A stretch of DNA of 64,000 nucleotides. Source: a virus. This document shows positions 48,464 to 57,465 of this stretch, one piece after another. The notes below the pieces were generated by a model. The model saw only the letters and a program-made list of their open reading frames with translations. It searched no databases and was not told the origin of the DNA. The stretch lies in IMG/VR virus record IMGVR_UViG_2554235236_000002; one strand, written 5' to 3'. The number at the start of each line of letters is the position of its first letter. Position 1 is the first letter of the stretch. The position numbers were made by a program, and so were the translations under genes.

Positions 48464-48664
48464 ATGGGATATAGCAAAGATTTAGCAATTAACATAGCGA
48501 ATAAGTGCGCGCAAGACCTTAAATGTAAACATTATGTTGTCCATAATCCTAAAACGTATAGAGAAATTTTTGATAATACAGGCTTCATTGTGATACAGAA
48601 TGTAAGTGAAGATGATAAAATATCTGTTGTTTACGAAACGGAACATAAGCACTACTTGAGTTAG
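48464..48664 (+). CDS. Hypothetical protein
   Basis: ORF with RBS. Confidence 0.65.
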   Translation: MGYSKDLAINIANKCAQDLKCKHYVVHNPKTYREIFDNTGFIVIQNVSEDDKISVVYETEHKHYLS

Positions 48665-48692
48665 AATTCAATTACTAAGGAGCTGTTATTCT

Positions 48693-48911
48693 ATGGATTA
48701 TAAAGAGTTAGCTGATGAATATGAAAAAGTAATCAGGAGAAAAGCGAAGAGAATACGAATGGCAAAAGAAAGGCTCAGTATTTTAGCTATGGAAATTCTT
48801 CCTGAAATTGAAAGTGAAGAAAAAAGAGAATGGGCTAAAAGCTATTTTAGACACATATTTGATTATTTAGAAAAAGGCAATGACGAGGAAAACAATTTAT
48901 ATAATTCTTGA
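48693..48911 (+). CDS. Hypothetical protein
   Basis: ORF with RBS. Confidence 0.65.
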   Translation: MDYKELADEYEKVIRRKAKRIRMAKERLSILAMEILPEIESEEKREWAKSYFRHIFDYLEKGNDEENNLYNS

Positions 48912-48937
48912 GGCAATGCTGTCCCTTATAGAGATAG

Positions 48938-49372
48938 GTGATCACTATGAAGCCAAAATTAATCGGATTAGGAACAAAAAGAAAAGTATATGACATGGGT
49001 GATGGAACAGTCATTAAGGTTCAAAACAATGACTTTGGTTTCTCTGGAGTATACTCGAACATTCAAGAAATTTCTTTGTTTAATGAATTTGTAAAAAGAA
49101 AAACAATAGAACGGCCATTATTTAATTTGGGTGAAATCATTGATCATCACCCATCTGGTTACTGGCTTAGGATGAAGAAATACAGCCAGGAACGAATAGA
49201 GTTGATGGATGATTATTTAAGTCAAGTCCTTGATGCTATTCCTATGATGGACGCTAATGCGGCAAACATTGGAGTTACTGAAGATTCGCACATGGTATTG
49301 CTTGATTACGAGGGGATAGGTTGTAATTGGTTTTTTAAATCCACAAATCCATATGTCGCTGGTGTGCTGTGA
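48938..49372 (+). CDS. Minimal protein-kinase-like protein (144 aa)
   Basis: IGLGTKRKVY (Gly loop), VIK, E helix, DANAAN (catalytic DxxxxN), LLDYEG. Confidence 0.65.
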   Translation: MITMKPKLIGLGTKRKVYDMGDGTVIKVQNNDFGFSGVYSNIQEISLFNEFVKRKTIERPLFNLGEIIDHHPSGYWLRMKKYSQERIELMDDYLSQVLDAIPMMDANAANIGVTEDSHMVLLDYEGIGCNWFFKSTNPYVAGVL

Positions 49373-49486
49373 AAAGGGTTTTGTACAGATTTTAATATAA
49401 CAGCAACCTGTTTATATTGCGGGCAATTTAAAGAATGGAAGATAGTCAAATAAAATTACGAATTTAAAAGAAAGTGTGGATGGAAG

Positions 49487-49849
49487 ATGAGTATCGACTT
49501 TGATAACCTGTCAGTCTTTCAAAAGACACAGTTAAATCATATTGTAGACGAACATAAACAAAGAGAGCAAAGAGTTAAACCAATTATTGAGCAGCTTAAA
49601 AATTATATGGTGTTGAATATTTGGGAACTTGACTCTTTTTAAATAGCTAAAATCAAGAGAAGTGATAAGAAAGAAATCATGTATGCAACCTTCTTAAATT
49701 ATCAGTCCTTGAAACAGTTCGCTTCAACGTTAGATCACGCTTTGTTAGTGTGTTTAGCCCACAAATATGAAGGACATCATTCAAGTTTTCCTGGATATGC
49801 GGAGAGAATGCTAGGAGCCAATTTCATGCCAGAGGAAGAAGAGTCTTAA
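49487..49849 (+). pseudogene. 120-codon gene interrupted by an in-frame TAA
   Basis: TAA at 49640-49642; the same frame continues open to 49849. Confidence 0.6.
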
Positions 49850-49874
49850 CTAAATGAAATGACAATTATAAAGG

Positions 49875-50138
49875 ATGTTAACTATGAGAGTTAATCCAAA
49901 TCCGTTAAGGGAAATAATAGGGACAATACAGGTTAAATTTTCACCTGACGGTATTTCAATACCAATGGAAGTTTATGAATGTGGACATTATGCTCCTCCA
50001 AAACAAGACATAATTGGTGAATACAATGCGATAAGAAGAAGATGCGCGAAATGTGGAAGGGGGAAGCCTCCTCAACTTACAAATTTAGAAATAGAACAAA
50101 TTAAGAACGGTAAACGATTGTTGAAGATAGAAGAATAG
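49875..50138 (+). CDS. Hypothetical zinc-binding protein
   Basis: ECGH...CAKC. Confidence 0.65.
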   Translation: MLTMRVNPNPLREIIGTIQVKFSPDGISIPMEVYECGHYAPPKQDIIGEYNAIRRRCAKCGRGKPPQLTNLEIEQIKNGKRLLKIEE

Positions 50139-50169
50139 ACCGAATTTTAATAAGAAAGGGGCGCTGTAT

Positions 50170-50355
50170 ATGTTGCGAATAATTTTGAATGATGGTCAGA
50201 CGCTTTTAAACGATCCTTCAATTGGATGGAACCTCAACTCAATAGAAGCTATTAAAGAAACTCTAAATGATACAGGGCGGTATGATTTGTATACAAAGGA
50301 AAACGGATGGCAGCGCCTTTCCGCTAATGATATTAAAATACTGCAAAAAGTTTAA
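50170..50355 (+). CDS. Hypothetical protein
   Basis: ORF with RBS. Confidence 0.65.
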   Translation: MLRIILNDGQTLLNDPSIGWNLNSIEAIKETLNDTGRYDLYTKENGWQRLSANDIKILQKV

Positions 50356-50397
50356 ATAAAACAACTCTTTTAACAAAAAAGCCGGAAATTATCCGGC

Positions 50398-50781
50398 TCA
50401 AGTGGCTCTTTTAGCGACTACCCAAAGTGTTACTTCTGCATTGCTTGTGCCTTCATTATGCAGAATTATAACCATTACATGTGGGTGTCTTGGAACTAAT
50501 TGAACTATTGATACATTCTGTAGAGGTCGAGAAGTATTAAACCCAGCACTTATTACATGTTCATTCTGTCGTGCTATTAACCGAAAATCAACAAATTCAC
50601 CTCTTCGGATACTTACTTGAGGTGTCCATGAATATCTTGTAAAGCCATGCCCTAAATCTTCTCGGGAAGCAGTATCGAAACCAAGATCAAAACGTCTAGG
50701 TTCTTGTTGCCTTATTGTTGTAGGTGTTCTTTGTGGTAACTGCCATCCGTAAAATGGGTAATAATTATTCAAAAACAACAC
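50398..50781 (-). CDS. Hypothetical beta-rich protein with YYPFY...RQ N-terminus
   Basis: Counter-oriented gene with GGGAG RBS and its own terminator (GCCGG/CCGGC). Confidence 0.7.
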   Translation of the reverse strand: MLFLNNYYPFYGWQLPQRTPTTIRQQEPRRFDLGFDTASREDLGHGFTRYSWTPQVSIRRGEFVDFRLIARQNEHVISAGFNTSRPLQNVSIVQLVPRHPHVMVIILHNEGTSNAEVTLWVVAKRAT

Positions 50782-50921
50782 ACTCCCAATATATGGTTTA
50801 TTATACGGTATTCATTTAGTTAAAAAATGAAGATTGTCTTAATAATTTAATAATGGGGATGTTATTTTCATTTTTAATAAAAGAAACATTTTAACCTAAC
50901 CGGGCAACAGAAGAAGAAAGG

Positions 50922-51101
50922 CTAAATGCTCTTCTTCATCCCGCAGCGGCGACATTCACGCAGGAATATGCCGTCTTTGACTGAGCTCTTGAAAAGTGTA
51001 TAGTCGCAATTGTCGCAGCGGCCGTAATGTACATCAGGATACTCTTTATAATCGTAGACAATTGAAGTATCATAACCCTTTGTTTCAAACTCTTTCTCCA
51101 T
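50922..51101 (-). CDS. Small zinc-ribbon protein, 59 aa (MEKEFETKGY...CDNC...CRRC; not in ORF track)
   Basis: GAAGGTGA RBS; two CxxC pairs. Confidence 0.75.
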   Translation of the reverse strand: MEKEFETKGYDTSIVYDYKEYPDVHYGRCDNCDYTLFKSSVKDGIFLRECRRCGMKKSI

Positions 51102-51193
51102 GAAATCACCTTCATAAAATAAAATCAGCTTTATAAGAATAACAAACCTTGATACTCAAATAAAGATCTATTTTAAAGAAATGGGGAGACCAA

Positions 51194-51658
51194 ATGAAAC
51201 TACCTAAAGTTAAAATTGATATCGAATGGAATGAATTTAGCAATGGTAAAAGGATTGAAGACATTGAAGGCTTGATGGAAGCCAACAAATTAAACAACAA
51301 TGATTTTAACTACTTTTTTGAATTGCATGAAGATGAAAATGCTGTAGTTTTTGTAAACGTTGCAGGTTATGAGCTTGAGGAAGAAGATATTGAAAGTGGT
51401 GTTGGACGAGTTTTTCAAACTGAAACTGCAATAATTATCAAAAATGCGAACAATGTAAAGCTAATCAATGAACTGCGTTTTGGTGGTGATTATAATGGAG
51501 ACATGCTTGATGAATTGAATAACTTGTTAAAAGATAAACCTGTTTGGACATTGGATGATTTTGAAAAAGCTGGCGTAAAATTAAATGCTAACGGCTATGA
51601 TCCTTTCGGATATTCTTGGTACAACTACATCGATGAAAAACAAAGCATTATTGCTTAA
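51194..51658 (+). CDS. Acidic hypothetical protein
   Basis: ORF with GGGGAG RBS. Confidence 0.75.
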   Translation: MKLPKVKIDIEWNEFSNGKRIEDIEGLMEANKLNNNDFNYFFELHEDENAVVFVNVAGYELEEEDIESGVGRVFQTETAIIIKNANNVKLINELRFGGDYNGDMLDELNNLLKDKPVWTLDDFEKAGVKLNANGYDPFGYSWYNYIDEKQSIIA

Positions 51659-51775
51659 AATACTAATTAAAAGAATAAACAAAATATTAACAATGACATA
51701 ACAGCCGCTGACAGAAATTACGGCCAATTTAATCAAATTAAAACAAATTAAAAGTGTAAACGAGGAGTGATTGGG

Positions 51776-51874
51776 TTGACTATTGAAAATTGGAGAGACA
51801 GTTTAATTTTTATTGGTGTTATGAGTTTGGGATTGACTGCGCTTATATTATCTCTTGCACATTTCGGCCAATAA
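51776..51874 (+). CDS. Small membrane peptide, 32 aa (MTIENWRDSLIFIGVMSLGLTALILSLAHFGQ)
   Basis: GAGGAG RBS, TTG start, single TM helix. Confidence 0.55.
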   Translation: MTIENWRDSLIFIGVMSLGLTALILSLAHFGQ

Positions 51875-51939
51875 TTCTTTACTTTGTTGTATAATGGTAA
51901 TCAGATAAAAGAATCATTTTAGGTAGAGAGGGGTTAATT

Positions 51940-52344
51940 TTGGTACTCAAAGAAAGAGGGCAAATAGATCAAGAATTTGGTGCTGAAGAAATCGCTGATT
52001 ATTTAAGATTAAGAGGCCTTAAGCCGAAAGTAGATGCAATGCATTTTGGAGACCATTCCGGGGGAAGCATTACCTTTTGGTACAGACTCAGAAGATATTA
52101 TATAGCTCTTGTTCAGTTCGATAAACCAGGAGATAAAGATCCATTAAGCAGCAAAAATGGCTTTACTCAATTAGGAATGGATTCTAAAGGACGAGCAGAA
52201 GAGATAATGATACATTTGGTAGTACAAATAAGGAGCCTTTCCCAGAGGAAGAAGAATGGTTTAACTTATATCTTGAATACAATGAGTGTGAATAAAAGCA
52301 TGGCTTTAACGAAAAACAAAGTATTGAAGGAGAAATTATTGTGA
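51940..52344 (+). CDS. Hypothetical protein (134 aa)
   Basis: ORF coupled to the next gene. Confidence 0.7.
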   Translation: MVLKERGQIDQEFGAEEIADYLRLRGLKPKVDAMHFGDHSGGSITFWYRLRRYYIALVQFDKPGDKDPLSSKNGFTQLGMDSKGRAEEIMIHLVVQIRSLSQRKKNGLTYILNTMSVNKSMALTKNKVLKEKLL

Positions 52345-52880
52345 GTGATCAAAATGAAAAAAGTCCTTCATGGATAAGTGACATAATAAAATTAGGCCCA
52401 AAATATCTAATTGCATTAGCGATTTTCTCTGGGGTGTCTCTTTTGCTTGGAAATATTGAACTTGGTGAGCAGCTCGGAGTAAGAGAAGCAATAAATAATT
52501 TCAAACTTTATCTTGGATTACTTTTCTTAGCCTCAACAAGTTTCCTTATGGCTCATGGTTTATGGGGCATATGGATAAAAACAAAAAATGTTATTGATTA
52601 CAGATCTAGATACAAAATTCAAAGAGAGAGGCTTCGAAACCTTAATAGAAAAGAAAAACAGTTATTAGCTCCGTTTATATTTGATAACATCAGATCACGT
52701 GAATTAAGCATAGCTGACGGGACAGTGAAGGAATTAGAACTTCTTCAAATTATTTATAGAAGCTCTAGCATCGGTAGTAGTAGAGGTATGGTTTTTCCAT
52801 ATAACTTGCAACCGCGGGCGAGAGAGTACCTCATGAAAAATAAACACTTATTACATGAACCAATAGATCATGTCCTATAA
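52341..52880 (+). CDS. yopH: Superinfection-exclusion B (SieB)-like membrane protein
   Basis: Two TM helices followed by [13 protein letters not shown]...LELLQIIYR. Confidence 0.7.
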   Translation: MSDQNEKSPSWISDIIKLGPKYLIALAIFSGVSLLLGNIELGEQLGVREAINNFKLYLGLLFLASTSFLMAHGLWGIWIKTKNVIDYRSRYKIQRERLRNLNRKEKQLLAPFIFDNIRSRELSIADGTVKELELLQIIYRSSSIGSSRGMVFPYNLQPRAREYLMKNKHLLHEPIDHVL

Positions 52881-52901
52881 GACAGAAAGGATTAGTCAAA
52901 T

Positions 52902-53435
52902 TTGAATAGTTTAGGCGAAATAATATCTAATTTTGAAGGTATCATTGGGGCTTTATTAGGAGTCATAGTTACTTTAATTCTAACTCACACACTAAAGCAC
53001 TTTGGAGGAATTAAATTTTTTATAGTTGATTTTGAAATAAATTTTAGAATTGATAAAAATGATGGTTGGGATTCTAAAGTTAATTCATCTAAAGATGAAG
53101 CAACACAAGTAGAAATCAAATCACAGATTGAAATATATAACGGCGCTGAGATTCCCAAGATTCTTAGAGAAGTTAAGTTTCGCTTTTACAAAAACACAAA
53201 TTTACTAGTTTCTGTTATCCCTGATGATGTAACAACTGAACGATTTGATAGGTATAGCCATTACCGCGATGAGCTTTTTAATATTAATTTACCTTCAAAA
53301 CAAATCACCGAAATTAATTTAATTAAGAACATAAAGGAAGAAGAAACTAGACTAGTAAAGAAATGCAATAGAGTTTATCTAGAGGCAAAAGATCACAATG
53401 GGAAAATATACAAAGCCTTATTGGGTGAGTTTTAA
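52902..53435 (+). CDS. yopI: Membrane-anchored protein (177 aa)
   Basis: N-terminal TM helix; size and synteny. Confidence 0.65.
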   Translation: MNSLGEIISNFEGIIGALLGVIVTLILTHTLKHFGGIKFFIVDFEINFRIDKNDGWDSKVNSSKDEATQVEIKSQIEIYNGAEIPKILREVKFRFYKNTNLLVSVIPDDVTTERFDRYSHYRDELFNINLPSKQITEINLIKNIKEEETRLVKKCNRVYLEAKDHNGKIYKALLGEF

Positions 53436-53474
53436 TTTTAATAATTTTAGTTTAAAGTCATTTGGAGGTGTTCA

Positions 53475-53699
53475 ATGAGAGACAGGGGGAGCATTAACAG
53501 AATAGCTGGGTTGATCACTCAAATATGGGAGCAGCAACATGATAAAAGTTTTCTGCAGCTTATTGAGACCTTGAAAAGTGATTTCATTATGCAGAAGACT
53601 GGAATTATGGAGAAAGAAGTCTTTGCTAAGGACGATGAGTTCGAGAGATTTCTCACAGAGCACCTGAATGAATTAATAGGAGACAATCAGCATGACTAA
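53475..53699 (+). CDS. Hypothetical protein
   Basis: ORF with GGAGGTG RBS. Confidence 0.65.
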   Translation: MRDRGSINRIAGLITQIWEQQHDKSFLQLIETLKSDFIMQKTGIMEKEVFAKDDEFERFLTEHLNELIGDNQHD

Positions 53700-54030
53700 A
53701 AATCAATGGGAGCAAGATTTAGAGCAACAAGAACTAGAAAAGAAGGCTCATAATAGAGGATATAGGGCAGGAGTTAAAGCAGAAGGGGAAGCATCGAAAA
53801 GAGTCGAACTCCTAGAAAATGTACTTCTTGAATTCGTCGGATACGAAGATGAGTGTCTGCAAACAAAACCAGGACTATTGAAAAGAAAAAGAGCAGATCT
53901 CGTTGACCAAATCATATATCAAAGACAGTTGATGAGAGAGCTTTATAATCACTTGGACGATGATGTTAGGTTAAAGTTAAGGACGAAGGTGGAAAGTCAT
54001 ATATGGCCAGTAACGCACAGTGAGGATTAG
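53692..54030 (+). CDS. Hypothetical protein
   Basis: ORF with RBS. Confidence 0.65.
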   Translation: MTKNQWEQDLEQQELEKKAHNRGYRAGVKAEGEASKRVELLENVLLEFVGYEDECLQTKPGLLKRKRADLVDQIIYQRQLMRELYNHLDDDVRLKLRTKVESHIWPVTHSED

Positions 54031-54091
54031 TCCTCCTGTGTATTGTTCGGATAAAATACGAATTTTATTAAAACTAATTAAAAGAAATATA

Positions 54092-54120
54092 TTGACCGTT
54101 TTGATTTAGAATGCTATTAT
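54092..54120 (+). promoter_or_regulatory. aimR promoter
   Basis: TTGACC-17-TATTAT with extended TG; lacks the TAGTC half-site. Confidence 0.65.
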
Positions 54121-54143
54121 AAACATATATTCTAAGGGGAAAC

Positions 54144-55313
54144 GTGGTGAAAGAATTGGAGTTGAAAAATTTTTTAAAGAATAAATGTGAAGAAGAACGC
54201 GGACTCGAAAAGGAGCTTGCACGAATAGCAGGATACTCTAACTCGTCAGGCTTTCATCATTTCATTTACAATGAAAAGAAAGAAATGGATAATATTCAAG
54301 GTATCATTGACGTGATTCAGAAGATTTCCCCGGAATATGAGTTTGATTTAATGAGTGAATACATATTGACATTAGACATAAATAAATCTGCAGCAAGGCA
54401 AGGCTTAGAATACCTTAGTGTAAATCAGCTATATGACACTCTAGATAAACATATTAAGAAAATGGTGTCTGCAAAGAATTCAGTTAGTAAAGAATGGGGA
54501 AAAGTCTATGCAGCCCAAAGAGAGCTAGACAAAGGCAACATTGGTATTGAAGAGTGCATTAGGCTGTTGGCTGAAATACACCCCAAATCATCTGAAATGA
54601 AGGTTTACTCTAGGATTATCCCCATGTATGCCATACTACCTTTAAAGCAATTTGGTAGATTAAAAGATATGAGTGATATTGTCTTGATTGACACAATCAG
54701 TAATCAAAATTATGTTTATCATTCGTTTAAGAGTCGCTATATGCTATTACTGGCAAACTGCTTCTTTGGAAACAATGAGATTGAGAAAGCACAAGAATAC
54801 GCAAGACATGGGATAGAGAATTCAAATGTGAAGAGGATCATTTTTTTCTCATACCTCACGTATGGAAGTTCTTTAATGTTAGATGATTACGAGAAATCAA
54901 AAAGCAGTTTTTTGAAAGGTTTAGAAGTTGGCAAAGGAAACAAAATTTATGAGCAACATGCGATTAGAAATCTTTGTTTCCTAGAAAATCTATGGGGGAA
55001 AGAGAATCAATATTTGAATATACAATCTAATGAAATAATGGACAGGCAAGAAGTTGTTCATTATCTTATAAGAAAAGGTTCTAAGCAACAGGCCAAAAAA
55101 ATGCTTGACCAGTTAGATCTCATGGAGCACGATGATAACGATCTGGGATTGCATTATTATTTAAAAGGACTTTTGGAAAGCTCTCGCGAATATTTTTTAG
55201 AATCAGTCAAATATTTTAAATTAAGTGGTGATAAGTTTTCCTGCACCCTTCCAATAATTGAACTCGAAAAGTTAGGTGTTGAAAAACAAATTTTAGAGAT
55301 AATATCAATTTGA
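54144..55313 (+). CDS. aimR: Arbitrium receptor AimR (RRNPP/TPR family)
   Basis: 389 aa, N-terminal HTH, ARQGLEYLSVN, TPR repeats, followed by a peptide gene. Confidence 0.93.
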   Translation: MVKELELKNFLKNKCEEERGLEKELARIAGYSNSSGFHHFIYNEKKEMDNIQGIIDVIQKISPEYEFDLMSEYILTLDINKSAARQGLEYLSVNQLYDTLDKHIKKMVSAKNSVSKEWGKVYAAQRELDKGNIGIEECIRLLAEIHPKSSEMKVYSRIIPMYAILPLKQFGRLKDMSDIVLIDTISNQNYVYHSFKSRYMLLLANCFFGNNEIEKAQEYARHGIENSNVKRIIFFSYLTYGSSLMLDDYEKSKSSFLKGLEVGKGNKIYEQHAIRNLCFLENLWGKENQYLNIQSNEIMDRQEVVHYLIRKGSKQQAKKMLDQLDLMEHDDNDLGLHYYLKGLLESSREYFLESVKYFKLSGDKFSCTLPIIELEKLGVEKQILEIISI

Positions 55314-55344
55314 TTCTAGACTGCATTGAAAGGAGGTGAAGAAT

Positions 55345-55458
55345 ATGAAAAAGTTGTTCGTTGGAATTGTTGTATCCGTTTCTCTTTTAGCTGTCGGTAT
55401 TGCTGCAGCTCAAGTTAACAGTGGATTCTCTGTTGCAGGGTTTACTGTAGGGGCGTAA
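55345..55458 (+). CDS. aimP: Arbitrium pro-peptide AimP (37 aa; predicted mature peptide GFTVGA)
   Basis: MKKLFVGIVVSVSLLAVGIAAAQVNSGFSVAGFTVGA; AGGAGGTG RBS; not in ORF track. Confidence 0.93.
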   Translation: MKKLFVGIVVSVSLLAVGIAAAQVNSGFSVAGFTVGA

Positions 55459-55495
55459 TACATAACAATTAAAAGTTTAGTTTCACTACATAATT

Positions 55496-55528
55496 AGACG
55501 TTTGACTCTTTTGAGTTAAGCGTCTTTT
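55496..55528 (+). terminator. Terminator after aimP
   Basis: AGACG..TTGACTC/GAGTTAA..CGTCT stem plus T-run. Confidence 0.75.
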
Positions 55529-55728
55529 CCATTTTAAAGAGTTTTTTATCAAAATTGCAATTATTCTTTTCAGTAAATTTTCATAGTTTAGTTAACACAT
55601 TCAAAAAAATAATAAAGAATGTGTTATTTGTCGTGGAAAAATAAACTAAAAGGGTTTACAAACCTCATCACATCAATTAAAATGAGAATATAACATTATT
55701 AATTAGTTTAATAGAAAGGAGTTAACCT

Positions 55729-55932
55729 ATGATTCCGTGCGGCAAACAAAGCGAAAGTAATGTTGAGTATTTCAAGTTGGCTTATGAAAGTAAAATGAAG
55801 AAGTATGGGGAAGAGTGGATTTTCGCCATTGAAAATAAACAAAAACAAGTTATGCGTGAAAAGAAAGAGAAAATTAGAAGAGAGCTTACAAAAGGATATA
55901 TGGCGCTACTAAGTGCACAATTAGGAGAATAA
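55729..55932 (+). CDS. First gene of the lysogeny (sro) operon, yopM-like position
   Basis: 67 aa behind a TTTACA-17-TAAAAT promoter. Confidence 0.6.
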   Translation: MIPCGKQSESNVEYFKLAYESKMKKYGEEWIFAIENKQKQVMREKKEKIRRELTKGYMALLSAQLGE

Positions 55933-55935
55933 ATA

Positions 55936-56265
55936 ATGAAAATTCTTGAAAACAAATTAAAAATAGAAGATGATTATATAATTGACGCGATTGACACATT
56001 TCAAAAAGGTAAGTTACATATTAGAGAACAAATCATTCATTCGAATAGCGCTGTTGATCTTTATTATGCTAAATTGCAAATAGATGAATTTTTTAAACAG
56101 ATCAATGATTCAATAAAATTAATTAAAATTACCTGCAGTGATCTGTTTGAGAAGAAAGAAATGAATATGGCTGCCTTAGAGATACTAATTAATATTAGAG
56201 AAGAAGCAAAAAACGAATTTAGCATATTTATTTCTGATAACAATAAACGAATTAAAAGTGTATAA
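55936..56265 (+). CDS. YopN/SroB-like helical protein (assigned by position and size)
   Basis: 109 aa, all-alpha character, second gene of the operon. Confidence 0.55.
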   Translation: MKILENKLKIEDDYIIDAIDTFQKGKLHIREQIIHSNSAVDLYYAKLQIDEFFKQINDSIKLIKITCSDLFEKKEMNMAALEILINIREEAKNEFSIFISDNNKRIKSV

Positions 56266-56303
56266 ATACATAATTCATAATATAAACCAAGGAGGGAAAA
56301 CAG

Positions 56304-57398
56304 TTGGGGGCTGTAGTTCAATCGATAAGAAAATTCAGGGTGTTCGATGATATTTTAGCTTTTCTAAAGGAAAAAGACACAGATAGCTCAGCTGGAAACA
56401 TTAAGGGGTATAACAAAAACAAGAAGAAAAAATCGAAATACGGATTGCACTCTAATACAGCAGTTAACTATTTAAGCGACATTAAGCAGTTTTTTTGGTT
56501 TTACTGTAAGACTGAAATTGAATTTTTAAAAGAAGAACATCTGTCTTTTAAAAGGTCAGATGTTTTGGCATTTAAACATTATCTTGAGCATAACAAAGGT
56601 GCAGCTAACACAACTATCAATCGAAAGATCGCAGCACTTAAATCATTACACGGTGAACTGAAAAGGCTTTATCCTGACTATGTTGAAGATGATCCTTTTT
56701 ATAACGTTAAAAGGAGCAAAGAAATAAGAAGGACAAGAGCCAATACTTCACAGATCCAAGCAGAAATGATTTGTGACAACATGTTCATTTATGAAAAACA
56801 GAAACCACTTCTGAAAAAATTATTTGGGTACTTCCTTTTGCGAAGTTCTTTTAGAATATCCGCGGCTCTTGACGTTAGATGGTGTGATATTGAAGTATCT
56901 AATGAGAACCCAGATTGGTTTAGAGTCACTGTCATTGATAAAGGGGCAAAGCTGTGCACTACAGGAATTCACAGAGTGTTTTATGACCAGTTGCTTGAAT
57001 TAAGAAGTGATAACACAAAAGACACAGATAGGGTATTCGAGGGACTTACTGAAGATGCATTTAGAGCCTCTCTCAAACGCTCATTAAAAAGTCTGGGCAT
57101 TCCAGAAGAAAGCGGGATATCTCCTCACTCATTTAAAGGAGTAGGGATAACGGAAGTATTCGAAGCCACAGGAAATGATTATAGAGCAGCCATGAAACAA
57201 GGTAATCATAGTAACTTTGATACAACCTTGAGATACTTGAACAGCGAAACAGACATCTCCCAAACGGCGGGGATAATAATGGATGAAGAATTAGACATAT
57301 CTATTCTACAGCAAGTTACTAAAGAAGAGTTCTTAGATTTTTTTGAACAATGTGATAAACAAACATTAAGAAAGGCTCTACAGTTTTTCAATCGTTAA
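56304..57398 (+). CDS. yopP: Integrase-fold protein
   Basis: RSSFRIS, KG, HSFK, GNH and RY residues; synteny. Confidence 0.8.
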   Translation: MGAVVQSIRKFRVFDDILAFLKEKDTDSSAGNIKGYNKNKKKKSKYGLHSNTAVNYLSDIKQFFWFYCKTEIEFLKEEHLSFKRSDVLAFKHYLEHNKGAANTTINRKIAALKSLHGELKRLYPDYVEDDPFYNVKRSKEIRRTRANTSQIQAEMICDNMFIYEKQKPLLKKLFGYFLLRSSFRISAALDVRWCDIEVSNENPDWFRVTVIDKGAKLCTTGIHRVFYDQLLELRSDNTKDTDRVFEGLTEDAFRASLKRSLKSLGIPEESGISPHSFKGVGITEVFEATGNDYRAAMKQGNHSNFDTTLRYLNSETDISQTAGIIMDEELDISILQQVTKEEFLDFFEQCDKQTLRKALQFFNR

Positions 57399-57465
57399 TT
57401 CCTATAACCTTGATTAAAGTGAGGTGATCTGCTACATTTAACATAGTATTAGGTGAGGTGATATC

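Noticed and set aside
55459-55728. AimR operator and aimX ORF
   Set aside because: No convincing inverted repeat or ORF with RBS found by eye; not called
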